Shown here piece after piece: positions 25,811 through 39,523 of a stretch of DNA of 64,000 bases. Numbering within the stretch: position 1 is the first letter of the stretch; each line of letters opens with the position of its first letter. The stretch is from Podarcis melisellensis (lineage: Eukaryota), in the NCBI GenBank assembly GCA_964234715.1, contig OZ174283.1; one strand, 5' to 3'. The notes beneath the pieces were generated by a model. That model searched no databases and had not been told where the DNA came from. It saw nothing but the letters and a program-made list of their open reading frames with translations. A program made the position numbers and the translations under genes.

Positions 25811-26299
25811 TGCCAGGTATTGGGGGAATCAGACCCCTCCCACAGTGGCAGTCCAGAATCAGAGAAACAATAAACATTCTTACCAAGCAATTTATTCAAT
25901 AATTCACAGAGAGCGACGAAGGAATGCAGCTTTCCCTAATAAAGGCATTGCTCCAAGTAAAGTCCCACCCCCTATGTCTCCCCTATTCAACGTCACTCCT
26001 GGATCAGTTAATCTGAGCTGCCTGCCTCTGAGCTCTCTGTTCTAATACCCTCAATGCCCACCTAGTCCTGGGAGAAGGGGGTTAAGAATGCTTTCCAAGG
26101 ACACTGAGTCTGTCAGATGTCTCTCCCCCAGTGCTGCTGCTTCTTCCTGCTGTTCTCTTCCAATATTTCCCAGCTTCTGCCCTCTGCGCCCTTCCACAAA
26201 CCACTGTTCTAAATCTATACTGTCCTCCTGTTCTCGGGAAGGTTCAGGAAAAGGGGGGGAGGCGGTCCCCACCATTCCTCCGCAGTCCAGCCCCTGACA
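25811..26299 (-). mobile_element. Solo LTR (Gypsy-like), 489 bp
   Basis: TG...CA termini with inverted ends TGCCAGG / CCTGACA; minus-strand AATAAA near 25892-25897; imperfect flanks GATTAC / GATAC. Confidence 0.75.
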
Positions 26300-27119
26300 G
26301 ATACTGATTTTAGACTCCTGTATTAGACTTTAGCTGATGGAGTGTTACTTTCAAGGTAAATGAGTATAAATGATTTTTTTTTAATTTTGTCTACTGCTTC
26401 TGCCCCTTGGTGCTGATGTAGATATATGTGTTATTATTGTATGGTGCTCTCCAGTATGGTGTTGGACCACACTGGTCATGCTGGCCGGGGTTGATGGGAA
26501 TTATAAGTCCAGCAACACGTAGAGGGCACCACATTGACTAACAGTGCACTCCAAATGACTGTTTGTATCATGTCCAGAATATTTATACCATGGTGCAGAA
26601 CATCTTAAGAACAACCTGTGCTGCATATATTGGATCTCTGCAAATTAATTAGTTTTTCAAATGATTATGTCACTTATTTCATATGCTACCAGTGTTCGGG
26701 ACATCTTGACAGATCCCAAATTTAGAATTGTGACCTTTTTCAACTATCTCCTGGAGGTTAATAATTAACTGGAACACCTCTTAAACCATATTAAGTATTT
26801 TTGATGGGAACAGCATGAAACAATTTCTTTGATCAAAGGGATTAACTAGTTCTTTGCCATTGCAGAAATTTCTACAGAGCCAGAAACATTTATGTATATT
26901 TCCTTATTATTAGAACTCATGCCACCATCTAAGTACGAAGTACTTGGATTCAAGAGCTATTTCTTTTTCCTGGTGACTTCAGCAGACCAAAAATATTTTT
27001 TTACACATAGCCCATTGGTTGCTGTCTCTTCTGTAGTTGCTCCTACATCAGTCATGGTCAGAAGTTGCTTGTGTGATATGAAAAATACATTGTTAGAAAT
27101 TCCACATGGTTGGTTACAC

Positions 27120-27716
27120 CAGGGGTGAGAGACCTGTGGCGGTCCAAATGTTACTGGACTACAACTCCCAAGTTCGCATTCATGTCTCAGCAACATCTAC
27201 ACTGGCTTGGTCATCTCCATAGAATGGAAGATGGTAGTATCTCTAAGGATGTGCTCTATGGGGAGCTGGCTTCAGGCACCAGGCGCAATGGCAGACCAAC
27301 TCTGTGTTACAAAGATGTATGCAAACATGGCATCAAGGCTGACAACATCAATCCCACTGTATGGGAATCCCTTGCAGATGACCACAATGCCTAGAGGCAG
27401 ACAGTCAGGTCATGCATCCATAGCAGTGACCAGAGGAAGAATGACCTCTGTAGGGAACACAGAGAGAAGAAACGCCATAGTGCATCTGTTGCAGCACAGC
27501 TGGACACCTTCATCTGACCCAACTGCAATAAAACATGTCTCTCCCATGCCAGTGCCTACAGTTACCTTCCAACAGCTTGACTTCACCCCCCAAAATGTGC
27601 TCCTCCATTGTCTCCCAAGACAGAAAGATGCGAACAACAACAAAAACAACCTCCATCATCCTTGACCACACTGGCTGTCCAACAACATCTGAAGGACCAC
27701 AGGTTTCCCAACTTTG
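27120..27716. mobile_element. ~130 bp hAT-type MITE split by an RTE insertion
   Basis: Left half 27120-27170 (CAGGGGTGAGAGACCTGTGG), right half 27646-27716 (CCACAGGTTTCCCAACTTTG); flanks GGTTACAC / TTTTACAC. Confidence 0.7.
27172..27645 (+). mobile_element. RTE-clade LINE 3' fragment (not BovB)
   Basis: Translation LHWLGHLHRMEDGSISKDVLYGELASGTRRNGRPTLCYKDVCK matches the RTE ORF C-terminal motif; (CAA)n tail. Confidence 0.88.
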
Positions 27717-28215
27717 TTTTACACAGACCCTGTTCACAAAAAGGAGCCACAGAGGTTGCACCCACATCAGTTAGGATGCTTGAAAAGTTGGAAAGCTCAC
27801 TCTCTTTTTACCAACTGCCTGTTTCATTCCCCCCCCCAAAAAAAGAAACCAGCTCCATTTCACCACCTTTGTGGATGGATTTTTAAAACACTCCTACAGA
27901 TAGAGTTCCACTGCCCTACATCAGATCCCTACAAAAGGCAATCCCCAAAGACCCCTTTCAGAACTCAAAGATTGCTCTCCCTTCGCTGTCTGAGGTTGCT
28001 TCCAAACAGGTGTTTATTGTAGGATCCTCATGCTTGCTTCCCCACCCCCTCTCCCCGCAGCATCCACATGATATCCTTGGCATCAGCCTGCATCCCACCT
28101 CCAACTTAATCTGGGTTTATCATTTCTAAGAAGTGAAAATACAATAAAAACCGCTGGCAATGACTTGTTTGTGGAATCTCAACAACCCATTTGCAAATTT
28201 AGCCCCAGACTAGAA

Positions 28216-28566
28216 GGAGGAGACTCTTGAGAGTCCCATGGACCGCAAGAAGATCAAACCTATCCATTCTTTAGGAAATCAGCCTTGAGTGCTCACTGGA
28301 AGGACAGATCCTGAAGCTGAGGCTCCAATACTTTGGCCACCTCATGAGAAGAGAAGACTCCCTGGAAAAGACCCTGATGTTGGGAAAGATTGAGGGCACA
28401 AGAAGCAGGGGACGACAGAGGACGAGATGGTTGGACAGCGTTCTCGAAGCTACCAGCATGAGTTTGACCAAACTGCAGGAGGCAGTGGAAGACAGGAGTG
28501 CCTGGTGTGCTCTGGTCCATGGGGTCACGAAGAGTCAGACATGACTGAACGACTAAACAACAACAA
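28216..28566 (+). mobile_element. BovB (RTE) LINE 3' fragment
   Basis: YFGHLMRREDSLEKTLMLGKIEGTRSRGRQRTRWLD; 3' end GTCCATGGGGTCACGAAGAGTCAGACATGACTGAACGACTAAACAACAACAA. Confidence 0.95.
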
Positions 28567-30152
28567 GAAGAAGCCACAATCATAGGCATTCAAGAAGAGC
28601 CCTATGGGATCAGGCCAAAGGCCCATCTGGAACCTAATCTTGTTCTTACAGTGGCCAACCAGATGCCTAAGTGAAGTCAGATGCTGCAGCACTCTCCCTA
28701 CTTGTGATTTCCAGTAATTCCATCTCTACCCCTTTGTTCCTGTATGGTCCTTTATAGGAAAAAGGTTCCCCACCTGAACAGAGAGACCTTGATTTCATCA
28801 GCTGTAGGGGGAAATATGTTCTTGACTTCTATTCAGAACATATTCAGTAAAAAACAGGTATCTCCTAGTTAGTGTAGGCAACTAGCCACAATCTCTCTAA
28901 GGAAAGGATGTAGCTGGCAAGTTTGACCAGTAAGATATTTAAGCCACCCTTCTGGTTCCATTAACCCTGTCCTCTCCAAACACAGACTCCATAACAGTTA
29001 CTGTAAGTAGCAAACTCATAATGATAACTTTGTAACATGGGTTGGTCTCCTTTAACTGGGAGGAAATCTTACCCTTTATCATTTATAAACTTTCTCTTCC
29101 CCAGCCTAAAATGTGTTGCCTAATTCAGCAAGGATTCCTTTTTTACAGCACAATCATAATGACAATCTTATAAGTCTCATTGAATTGAATTGGGATTACT
29201 CCCAGGTAGGTGGGGTTAGGATTGCAGACGTAGTCAATTAAAAAGATGTCCATTGGTTAATCTAACTAATCTATCAATTTAGTGCCACATCCCTGCATTT
29301 TACCTTCAACGATCATATCATGCAAAGTTCAGCTCCTAATGAATGTAAGTTCAAACATGAATCCAGCTCAGAATCGACATAGTCTACTGGTGGCAAGGAC
29401 GGCAGCAAACTGTTTCATCACCTTGAGCAAACCAGCAGCATTACATATTGCTGTGACATGCTCCCATGCACGCCTGCTTTTTTCATATTCAGATACTGTA
29501 TATCTGCCATTTGAAAGGCATTATTCAATTCATCATCCCGCTCTAACTCTGCAGCTGTAAAGATACTTTAGGCAAAGGGTGTCCTTTTCTGTTGCTCTAT
29601 TTGTTGTAAGAACATTGCTGCATTTTCAACGCACCATGCTTTGCTTTGAGCATAAGAAAAACCCAACAGTACAAATAAGAGGAGATCATGTGGAATGCAG
29701 CAAGATACTCAAATTCACCCAGGTGCATCGCAAGGCAGCCTTCAGGCGCCACTACCACAAAAAAAGACTTTAAAATTCTATCATTTAAAAAGTTGTGTGG
29801 TGACGTTTAGCCTTTATATTGTTGTCCAAAGTTAACTGGCAAATTACATGAGGTGAGTGGCAATGATGTCGGTGGACAGATTTAATACCAAGCTGACATC
29901 AGCCATTTTGTGTAGATGGTTGGCTTGCCCACAAACCTTTTGAATGGCAATATCGTGTTTTTGACATAACTCTCTACTGTAAATATATGGGAGCAAATAC
30001 CACACCCTCTGCTTCAAGCTTCCGTTGCACAAGCCAAGTAGTATATTATACTTTGTCCAAACTAAACATTACAAAAAGCACGGCTGCTATTTGCCCCAGA
30101 GCAATATAGTGGGTACTCAGCACATCAGATGTTAAAACACAATTCTGTAGTG

Positions 30153-30375
30153 CAGTGGTCACCAACATTTTCGGGTCCATGGGCACATCTGTAAACCAGA
30201 GAAAATCTCATGGGCACTACAAACACCCTGAAACCAAGCACACGCAGTCTTTTGGCTACAATAAAATGCTTCTTTCAAGCTTAATTTCAGTGTGGGTGAG
30301 TAAGGGACCCTGTGACCACAAAGGAAAATCTATGTGGACATATGTGCACCTGCATGTGCACACTGGTGACCCCTG
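30153..30375. mobile_element. hAT-like MITE, degenerate
   Basis: CAGTGGTCACCAA / CTGGTGACCCCTG inverted ends; no clear TSD. Confidence 0.5.
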
Positions 30376-31084
30376 AGGCAATGGGCAGTTTTTATTCTGC
30401 AGCTTCCTCTCACTTTCCCACATGCAAAATATTCAAATCCCCAAGGTGCCATGGTATGTGTGTGCATCCATCTTCCTTTCTTCTCTACCTCTGTGAAGAG
30501 CAGAAAGGGACCAATATGGTGAAAGCTAAGACCATGAATTGTGGCAGGGGCCGTATTGAGGCTCTGAGCTGTGTAGGGCTTGGGGGGATAATAATTTTTA
30601 TTAGTTTTCAATTACAATAACCCAATAATAGCCTCATTATAACAATGACAAATTATAATACAGTTACTAATACCAATCATTCAGATGCCAAATTATATAA
30701 TTTAGGTGCCCCCCCCCACATGATAGAATTGATGGTTTGATGATTTACTTTATTTCTGTGTTCCAAAATCTTATTAATTCCAATTACACTCCAGTCAAAA
30801 TAACAATCCCTTATACAACTGCAATATTAACGGCTTCCATACATATTGACACATTAAATGATTTGTAAAGCTGCAAGTGAAGCATTCAAAATATATCCTT
30901 GTTCTTACCGTGTGTGGCAATGATTCTGTCCGTGATGATATATCTTGCACCACTTGGAGACTGGGGTGGCATGCAACTAGAGTTTACCACTTAACCTACA
31001 CCATCTGGCTGGTTCTCCTGCACTTTTGCATTTGCCCAGGGAGAAGAGGACGGGCCTCCTGCCCCCCCATGGAAAAAGAGCCCC

Positions 31085-32020
31085 CCATTGCAGTAATCCA
31101 ACCTAGAGGTTACCAGAGCATAGGCCACAGAAGTTAGGGTATCCCAGTCCAGATAGGGGCATAGCTTGGCCACCAGCCCAAGCTGCTAGAAGGCACTCCA
31201 AGGCCACCAAGCAACAGTAATGGCTCCAGGAGCACCCCAAACTATGTACCTTCTCCTTAATATAACCCCCTCAAGAACAGGCAGTCTCCAATCCATCTGG
31301 TCTAGGGAACCACCCACTAACAGTGCCTTATCTGGATTGAGCTTCAGTTTACTGGCTCTCATATAGTCCCTCACCAAGGCAAGACACCAGTCCACTGCCT
31401 TGCCTGCAGATAAAAATGAGAAATAGAGCTGTGTGTCAGCAGCATATTGCTGACAACACACTCCCAAACTCCAGCTGATTCCACTCAGCAGCTTCATGTA
31501 GATATTAAACAACACGGGGGATGGAATTGAACCTTGAGGGACCCCACATTGAAGACCACATTTTGCCAAAAAACATTCCCCAAACATCAACCGCTGAAGA
31601 CAACCATCCAAGGAGGACTGGAACCACTGCAAAGCAATGCCGCAAAAACTCAACTCAGATAGCCTCTCTAGGAGGATACAGTGGCTGATTGCATTGAAAG
31701 CCACTGAGAGGTCAAGGAGGATTAACAGGAACACATTGCCCCTGTCTCTCTCCTGACAGAGATAATCATATAAGGCGACCAGGGCAGTTTCTGTGCCAAA
31801 GCCAGGCTAAAACCCTAATTGAAATGGATCTAGAAAAGTAGTCTCCTCCAAGAGTGCCAGGATCTGGACATTGACCAGCCACTCAGTGCCCCCCAAAAGG
31901 GAAGATAGCAACTGGCCAGTAGTTACTTCGGTTTTCAGAATCTAGGGGTGGTTTCTTAAGGAGCGGTCTTATCACTGCCTCCTTCAAACAGGCAGGAATC
32001 ACCCCCTCCCCGTAAAGAGA
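31085..32020 (-). mobile_element. L2-clade LINE reverse transcriptase fragment, decayed
   Basis: LILLDLSVAFNAISHCILLERL, CGVPQGSIPSPVLFNIYM, QQYAADTQLY (YADD motif mutated), LKLNPDK, VTSRLDYCN. Confidence 0.92.
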
Positions 32021-33388
32021 TATGTTTGTAAGGGTGCCAAATTTACAAAACATGTTTTAGAGGACAAGCTATGGCAAACATAATGCATCTTAATGGAATT
32101 GTGGTGAAATGGATGGCAGCTAGAGAAGGAGTTTCATATTGATAGTCATATTCTTACCATAAGGGGTATATAAAATATGGTACTCACATTTAGAGGCACT
32201 TAGATATGGGTTCTTGGATACAGGTGCTAGACTTTTTCTGCGGTCTTCATTGCCTTTAGGAGGAAATAATGGGTCAGAGTGTCAATGAGAATCATTTGTG
32301 CTTTTATTCAGTCTGGAAATGCAATGAAAGGGTAATAATAAAAAGACATTCTGAATTCTCCCTTTTAGAAATATGTACGCTTGAATGAACAAAGTAACAA
32401 ATCCCCTTCCTGGAGGTATAACATATTATGCTGAGGAATAAATATCCATGGATCTTACTCTTTCTTTCTCTGTTACTACGATGGATTCATATCCAACCAT
32501 TTATCGATTTAAGGCTTTACTTAATTTTTATGGCTTCCCACATGAGGAATATCAGTTGACTGCTGAATGGTTTTGGTCGTATATCATGCAGTAAGAATGG
32601 AACTTAAGTAAAAAAAGCTTACATAGAATCTTTCCCACTTTCTTGCCAGAGCAGCTGTTGATGTTATACTAGTGCAAAAAGATGCTGCAGGCAGGACATG
32701 GGCACAGAAGTTGTGATCAGAAGTTCCTTCTCCTAGATTAGTTGCTGACCAGAGTTAATGAGCCACTACTGACCATCACTTTCAGTAAAAGGGCAAATAA
32801 GGGGGTGACTCACACTCATCCAAGATGGAAACTCAAGACTGGTCCAGGGCATGATCATCTCACCTATCAGGTTTGTTCACTGTCTACCTATCCATAGGTA
32901 AGTGAATGGGAACTGAAGCTGAGTGCCAATGCCCCCTCAAAATTGTCTACCCTGTCTGTGGGCAGAGAAATTTGGGGAGCCATTTCCTCAATTTTCTCCA
33001 AGGAATGAGAAATTCTCCAACAATGTCTTGGGAAGTGGGGATTACCATTTACAGTTGGAATAACACGTCTTCTTTCTGCTCCAAGTTTTTCTCCCCATCA
33101 CTGCAGGTTGTTTTGCTGGCAGTTTGGCCACCATTTTGTATCTCTGCAATACTTCAGAATTTAAGTGTTGTTACAGAAGAAGAGGAGGAGGAGGAGGAGG
33201 AGTTTGGATTTGATAAAGCTAGTCACACTCAGTTACTATATTTAACAAATATATTGGAGTTTACTTATTGCAAGATTATGTACTGCAGAAGCTTATAGTT
33301 CCTTTACTATAGTACTGTCTTTTAATGAGTGCACACTTTGTTAACTTGCTACTTTCATTTTAAATATCAACAGCTTGTTTTAAAACTA

Positions 33389-33630
33389 CAGTGGTACCTC
33401 GGGTTAAGAACTTAACTCATTCTGGAGGTCCATTCTTAACCTGAAACTGTTCTTAACCTGAGGTACCACTTTAGCTAATGGGGCCTCCTGCTGCCGCCGT
33501 GCTGCCCCCGCACAATTTCTGTTCTCATCCTGAAGCAAAGTTCTTAACCCGAGGTACTATTTCTGGGTTAGCGGAGTCTGTAACCTGAAGCATCTGTAAC
33601 CTGAAGCATCTGTAACCTGAGGTACCACTG
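33389..33630 (-). mobile_element. Tc1/mariner-type MITE, ~240 bp family
   Basis: CAGTGGTACCTC / GAGGTACCACTG TIRs. Confidence 0.92.
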
Positions 33631-33752
33631 CACTACAGTATTACTAAACACAGACAGCTTTGAGGAAGCAGTTACCCTATTCAAACTTTTCTACCTTATT
33701 GCCCTTCTATTTTCTCTGCCCCAGTTAAGCCTCACCAACACTATAACTGAGG

Positions 33753-33842
33753 CATAGCTGTCAACTTTTCCCTTTTCTTGCGAGGAATCCTATTCGGAAT
33801 AAGGGAATTTCCCTTTAAAAGGGGGGAAAGTTGGTAGCTATG
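33753..33842. mobile_element. 90-bp hAT-type MITE
   Basis: TIRs CATAGCTGTCAACTTTTCCC / GGGGAAAGTTGGTAGCTATG; perfect 8-bp TSD AACTGAGG (33745-33752, 33843-33850). Confidence 0.9.
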
Positions 33843-36487
33843 AACTGAGGATTCATGTTGAAACCCCATTCCAACCCCTACTAACCCATTGAAGGTCTGT
33901 TTTTGCTGCACTGTTGTGAAATCTTCCTCTGACTCCCCTACCAGACACTAGAGACCAGCGTTCCAAACTGCCTCTCACTTCTTAGCACTGGGGTCAGCTT
34001 CTCCCCTCAACTCCGCACTCTAAGCCACCATAAGCACATGAGAACCTGCTGAATCTAGCCAGTAGCCATCCAGTCCAGCATCATGCCCTCAAGTGGCCAT
34101 CAACCCACTCTGCCTTTCTTTGGGGGGGGGGTCTTCTTTCATCTTCCTGGACCATCTTCCTCTGCCTTCTTCTTTTGGCTGTCCACCACAAACATCAGCC
34201 CACACAGACTGACCCTGACTGACTAGCACCCACTTATTCCAACCCCTCCAGCCCAAGCCAATCACATTCACTTCCTGAAAATTCTGTACCAGCACCCACC
34301 AATCAGGATGTGCACATCTTCTGTCCTTCATTTGCATACTGAGAGTTCTATCTCTAACCTCTTCCCAGTGACAGTTAAACCAACTTTTACCTGACCAGAA
34401 AGAAGACTTCCCCCATCAAACACATTACAAGGTTCCAATGAGTTCTTTTTTGCCCCTTGCAGTTCTTTGCATGTCCCTTCTAGGACACATGCTTGTCCTC
34501 ATACTGAGAAAACCCTTTTCCAAGTAAATCGTATTTGAGAGGTCTTTCAGGTGTTGTATCTTCTCCCTCCCCTTTAAAAATAGATCCACGTTGGGATGGT
34601 TATCCAGAGCTGGTTCTGTCGTTTGGCAAAGCCTTGGGAGGAACTAGTTTATTGTAGTTGAGGATCCTGTCCCATTGCCTGTGCTGGAAGTTAGGTTCAG
34701 CTGACAGTGTGGTTGGCTTCAGTACTTGGAAGGAACAGAGCACCACCTTTTCCCTTAGCCCAGGCAGCAAAATGTACTGGGCTGGTGCTGTGCTTATCTG
34801 ATATTTGCACTTGAACTGGATAATTATGCCCTGTATGAGAAAAACCAATTTTCATTCCAGTATCTCAATTGCAAAAACAGATCACACATCACACATATTT
34901 CTGCTCTTTCCTCTCTGCCCACAGACTTTCAAAATGGGTGATTGCCGGGGGGGGGCATCATACTGGTATCTCAGCTTTGAAAAGTAGATCTACCTCCTGA
35001 ACCTGCATCCGAATTTCATCCAGATAGCTTGATGTTAAAGGGAAACAAGTAAACAAACAGAGAATGTCAAGCAGGCATGTTAAAAACGAAGGGCTCACGT
35101 GGCTTTAGCAATTATGCAGCGTGAGAATGGTCAGAAATAAAGAAGAGCTCAGGGAAGTTCAAAATCTCACTTGAGAGCTGCCCAAGACAGGACCTGCAAT
35201 TTTGATTAATGCAAAGGCTTCACGGAGACCAAAAGTACTCCTTTAGCATAGAACTGTTATACTTTCTCTCCATTTTCTATCCCGGTCTTATCTCTTCCAA
35301 GCCCCCTGTGCTTAAGCAGCAAATGAGGCTGAAGCTTTCTCCAGCTCCTCCTCCTCTTCTCCTCACCTCCTCATCCTGAATTATCTCAGTCCTACAGCAA
35401 CTCCAGGAGAAGTTTAAAACAACGATGCATTGTGAAGTGATATTAAGGCTCTTTTAAAAAAAACAAAAACTATTTGCCACACACTTTTTCTGGACTGTTA
35501 CACCTTCTCTATGTGCAAATGAAATTCTCTTCCTGGAGAAAGATAGATGAAGTACAGTTTTTAGTGTTCAATCTCAGGTTGCAGTCAGCCCACCTCTCAT
35601 TGAAATCCACAGCAAAACACACGTGATTTTAATGAAGTAGTATTACACTCCAGGTAGAAACATTACCATCACACAATTTGGCAAAGTCAGAATACAGGAA
35701 GGGAAAGCAAATAATTCAGAGGCCCTCAAATTGAGCGTTTCGGATGATGGCGGGCAATCTGGCTTGGGTTCTGAATCAATCAATTCCACAAACTGGTTGG
35801 AACTTGTAATGGGGCGAAAGTATGTTTTTGTTAAGCACTAAGCTTTCTGAAGCAATGTTATGTGTGATTAGCTCTCCTAACCAGACACTGCTGTCAGTTT
35901 CTTGGTCATTGATGTGGCCCGTGTAACTATATAACCATCATGATCATATTTATTTCCTATATAATTCACTTGGTAGAATTGCTTCCTCCTATTGTGCTCT
36001 CTTGGAGACTTTCCTTTCTCCGCCGTTGCTTGCTGCCTTTCAACTAAAAATAAGTCATTCAGACTGAAAGCGTATGGAAAAATGCAGCACCTCACAGAGG
36101 TGCAGCATAGAGGCTGTCATTTGGACAGGATTGATTCCCACCTAGGATTCCTGAGACGTAGTTTTTTAGTCCATTTTGAAGCTGGCTTCATAGCTTGCAG
36201 AAGCATCTCTTTGGGATTCACTGTTAAATTAGAAATTGGGCTCATTATTCACACTCTTTGGCCCAGAGCGAAATAGCTGCATTAGACATGTCCAAGTGAT
36301 TAGATATCCTCAGGGGGAGATTGGACTCCTTCCCCCTTTTGAACCACAGACTCTCATGCTACACCATAATCCTGCATTTGAAAGTTCTCTCCATTTCAAG
36401 AGGAGTTTGCAGTGTGCCATGGAGGAGGCTGCTGTTTGAGAAACACAAACTCAAAGCCCCCTTAATTGATTTTCCCTTAAACAAATA

Positions 36488-36729
36488 CAGTGGTACCTCT
36501 GGTTACAGATGCTTCAGGTTACAGACGCTTCAGGTTACAGAGTCCGCTAACCCGGAAATAGTACCTCGGGTTAAGAACTTTGCTTCAGGATGAGAACAGA
36601 AATCATGCTCCGGTGGTGCGGCGGCAGAGGGAGGCCCCATTAGCTAAAGTGGTGCTTCAGGTTAAGAACAGTTTCAGGTTAAGAACAGACCTCCGGGACA
36701 AATTAAGTTCTTAACCAGAGGTACCACTG
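36488..36729 (+). mobile_element. Tc1/mariner-type MITE, ~240 bp family
   Basis: CAGTGGTACCTCTGGTTA / TAACCAGAGGTACCACTG, TA flanks. Confidence 0.92.
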
Positions 36730-37050
36730 TAGAAGTTTCTTCATAATGATCACCTGGCTGGATCAAACCAAAAGAACATCTAACACAGTATTTTGCCTCA
36801 CTGGTGGCCAGCCATATCATGTGGAAAGTTCACTGGTTATTTGTGTTGGAATAACCATTCCCTGCCTCTCCCAGCAGCTGCTTCATCCATTTGTACTACA
36901 ACAAAACATTACATGATGTAGAACTCTCTAGACCTGAGGAATGGAGACTAGGAAGACTTAACAGCTGACTGGATTCAATGCCCATTCATGCCACAACGTG
37001 GCACAATATATTATCTTGGCTGAAAGTGGGAATGACAGGAGCCGCGAGGA

Positions 37051-37221
37051 AAGGCTGTAGTTCAATGGTAGAGCAACTGCTTTGTATACAGAAGGTCACA
37101 AGTTCAATCCCAGGCTGGGTGAGATCCCTGCCTGGAACACAGAACAGCTACTGCCAGTCAATGCTAGCCGTACTGAGCTAGATGGGACAATGGTTAAATT
37201 CATTATAAGAAAGCTTCCTAT
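37051..37221 (+). mobile_element. Squam3-like tRNA-derived SINE
   Basis: A-box TAGTTCAATGG, B-box AGTTCAATCCC, 3' TACTGAGCTAGATGG...AGCTTCCTA. Confidence 0.75.
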
Positions 37222-37337
37222 ATCTGCACACTTAGCCCAACTGAAACCAATCTATTTAACAACACAGTAGGCCTTACTGTCTTTAATGGAACTTACACCC
37301 TAGTGGCTGGAGACCCTGGTTTGGGAAACCCTTATTT

Positions 37338-37381
37338 ATGGGGGTCCCTTCCAACTCTATGATTCCATCATTCTATCATTC
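37338..37381 (+). mobile_element. CR1 3' tail fragment
   Basis: GGTCCCTTCCAACTCTATGATTCCATCATTCTATCATT resembles the CR1 terminal hairpin plus (ATTCTRTG)n octamer tail. Confidence 0.7.
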
Positions 37382-39271
37382 GTGTGTTTGGTATTGCAGT
37401 CTGTGTGTGCTTTACTCTGCATTGTATTGCAACCATAGTCTTTCACTTATCTGGAGTACATCAAACTCACAAAGCAGGAATCAGCACTTGATAATCCCTT
37501 ACAGTAGAGAGTGCACTGTAGTTATTCACATTCAAGGCCTTTACCATGGGTAATGTTTTCTTAGCAGCATGCAAAAAGAACTCTACATGGAATTAACATT
37601 TAAATGAAGCTATGCTGTGCTTTGGCCATCTATTATATGTGAACTATATGAAGAAAAGAGTGACTCCTCTTAAGAGGACTAGGTAACTTGGAAACAGAAT
37701 TCTTTACAGAGGCAGTGTGCATCCTGTATATCTAGATGTAATTACCTCAACCAAATTGCTTAATCCCATAGCAACTCAAAAAATATTGCAGTGGAATTTC
37801 TGATTTCACTGTTCTTACTAATTGCATTTTATATATTGTTGTGTTTCATATTTTGAAAAATGGTGTAGTACAGAGTACCCAACTGCAATCCTATGCCTGT
37901 CTACTCAGAAACAAGTTAATTTGTGGTGCTTAAGAGGCCAAGAATAAACTTACTCACAGATGAATGTGCGCAGGACTATAGCCTATCAATTCTATGTGTA
38001 TCTACTCAGAAGTAAGTCCCCACGAAGTTTGGTGGGATATGGTCCTTTTCAAGTGACCATAGAATTGCAGCATAAGAGTGTGAGCTGGGAACAGGGAAAT
38101 CTGATTCAAAAGATTTTGAGCCATGAATTCACTAGGTTGCATTAGACAACCATTCTGTCTCAGCATCATCTATAATACACACAAAATTCTGTCCTACCTT
38201 ACAAGATAAATGTACGTGTTGCAATTGTTACTGATATAATGAATGTAAGATGCTTTGAACCATGGTTATGCGACTATCTGAAAGCTAAGTTCTGTTACAT
38301 TCATTGATGCAGTGTCTAAAAAAACTAGACCAAATATTCCTTAGTGTTTTTCTTCCTTCTTTCTGAGCTCTCAGAAGAGCAAAAGGAAGTTTGAAGTATG
38401 CACTGTATCTAAGACCTTATTGAAATACGCCGCTCTCCCCAGTGCCATCCATTTTTCATAAGTATTGTCTAAAATGACCAAGAGCACAACAGCCTATAAT
38501 TGTTTCCGGGGTCTGAATTGAAATATTAAAGTCTCTTAAAAAAAAAAAAGATATAAGAAATTATTCTGTATCAATGCCCTAAAGAACAACTAGTGAGCTC
38601 TTAAAGAAATATAGACAGCTGACATGAATTTGCTCTGAGGTACTTGCACTGAACAAGAGTAGTGATTAGGTGTCACTTAAACACAGCGTTTGTTAAACAT
38701 GAGCTAATAAATGTACTCATGTGATTTATGCAAAAACTACAGTGAATACCAGTTTCTCTTACGCTTAAAGCCACAAGAGGGTGTTGCCTCCAGTTCTGAT
38801 TTCAAAAGAAAAAAATAGTATGATAAAGAGGTTATTGTGTGTTGTATTTTTTTTTTTTAACTGTTAACTTTTGTGCCATCTTCCCATTTACAGACCAGAA
38901 TTATAGTCTCTGTATCTCTCTCTCTCTCTTGGGACAATTTCGTGGGAATTTTCGTGGGGGAAATTTCTGGGAATTCTGTTTTGCACCACCTCCATTTGGC
39001 GAATATTCTCTAGCATTTTTGTAGTAGTCACTATCCCTTCCCCTCAATCCCAAAGAGCAATGCTAGGCCTGGGGCATTGTGGGGGATATAAAATGGCAAC
39101 TCAGTTGCTGCATTGGCAAAGAAAACCTTGTGATGTGGGGGGGGGGGTAAGAACCTTACTAAAGGAAAATATCTCCTTCCCAAGAGTATTTAGTGACACT
39201 GTACTCCCAATCTCATGATGTGCAAACAGGGTGAAGAATTTTTGGAGCCCATCTTCACTCAGCTATTATTA

Positions 39272-39513
39272 CATTGGTACCTCGGGTTAAGTACTTAATT
39301 CATTCCAGAGGTCCGTTCTTAACCTGAAACTGTTCTTAACCTGAAGCGCCACTTTAGCTAATGGGGCCTCCTGCTGCTGCCGCACCACCGGAGCACGATT
39401 TCTGTTCTCATCCTGAAGCAAAGTTCTTAACCTGGAGCACTATTTCTGGGTTAGCGGAGTCTGTAACCTGAAGCGTATGTAACCTGAAGCATATGTAACC
39501 CAAGGTACCACTT
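39272..39513 (-). mobile_element. Tc1/mariner-type MITE, ~240 bp family
   Basis: CATTGGTACCTCGGG / CCCAAGGTACCACTT, TA flanks. Confidence 0.9.
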
Positions 39514-39523
39514 TACAATTTCA

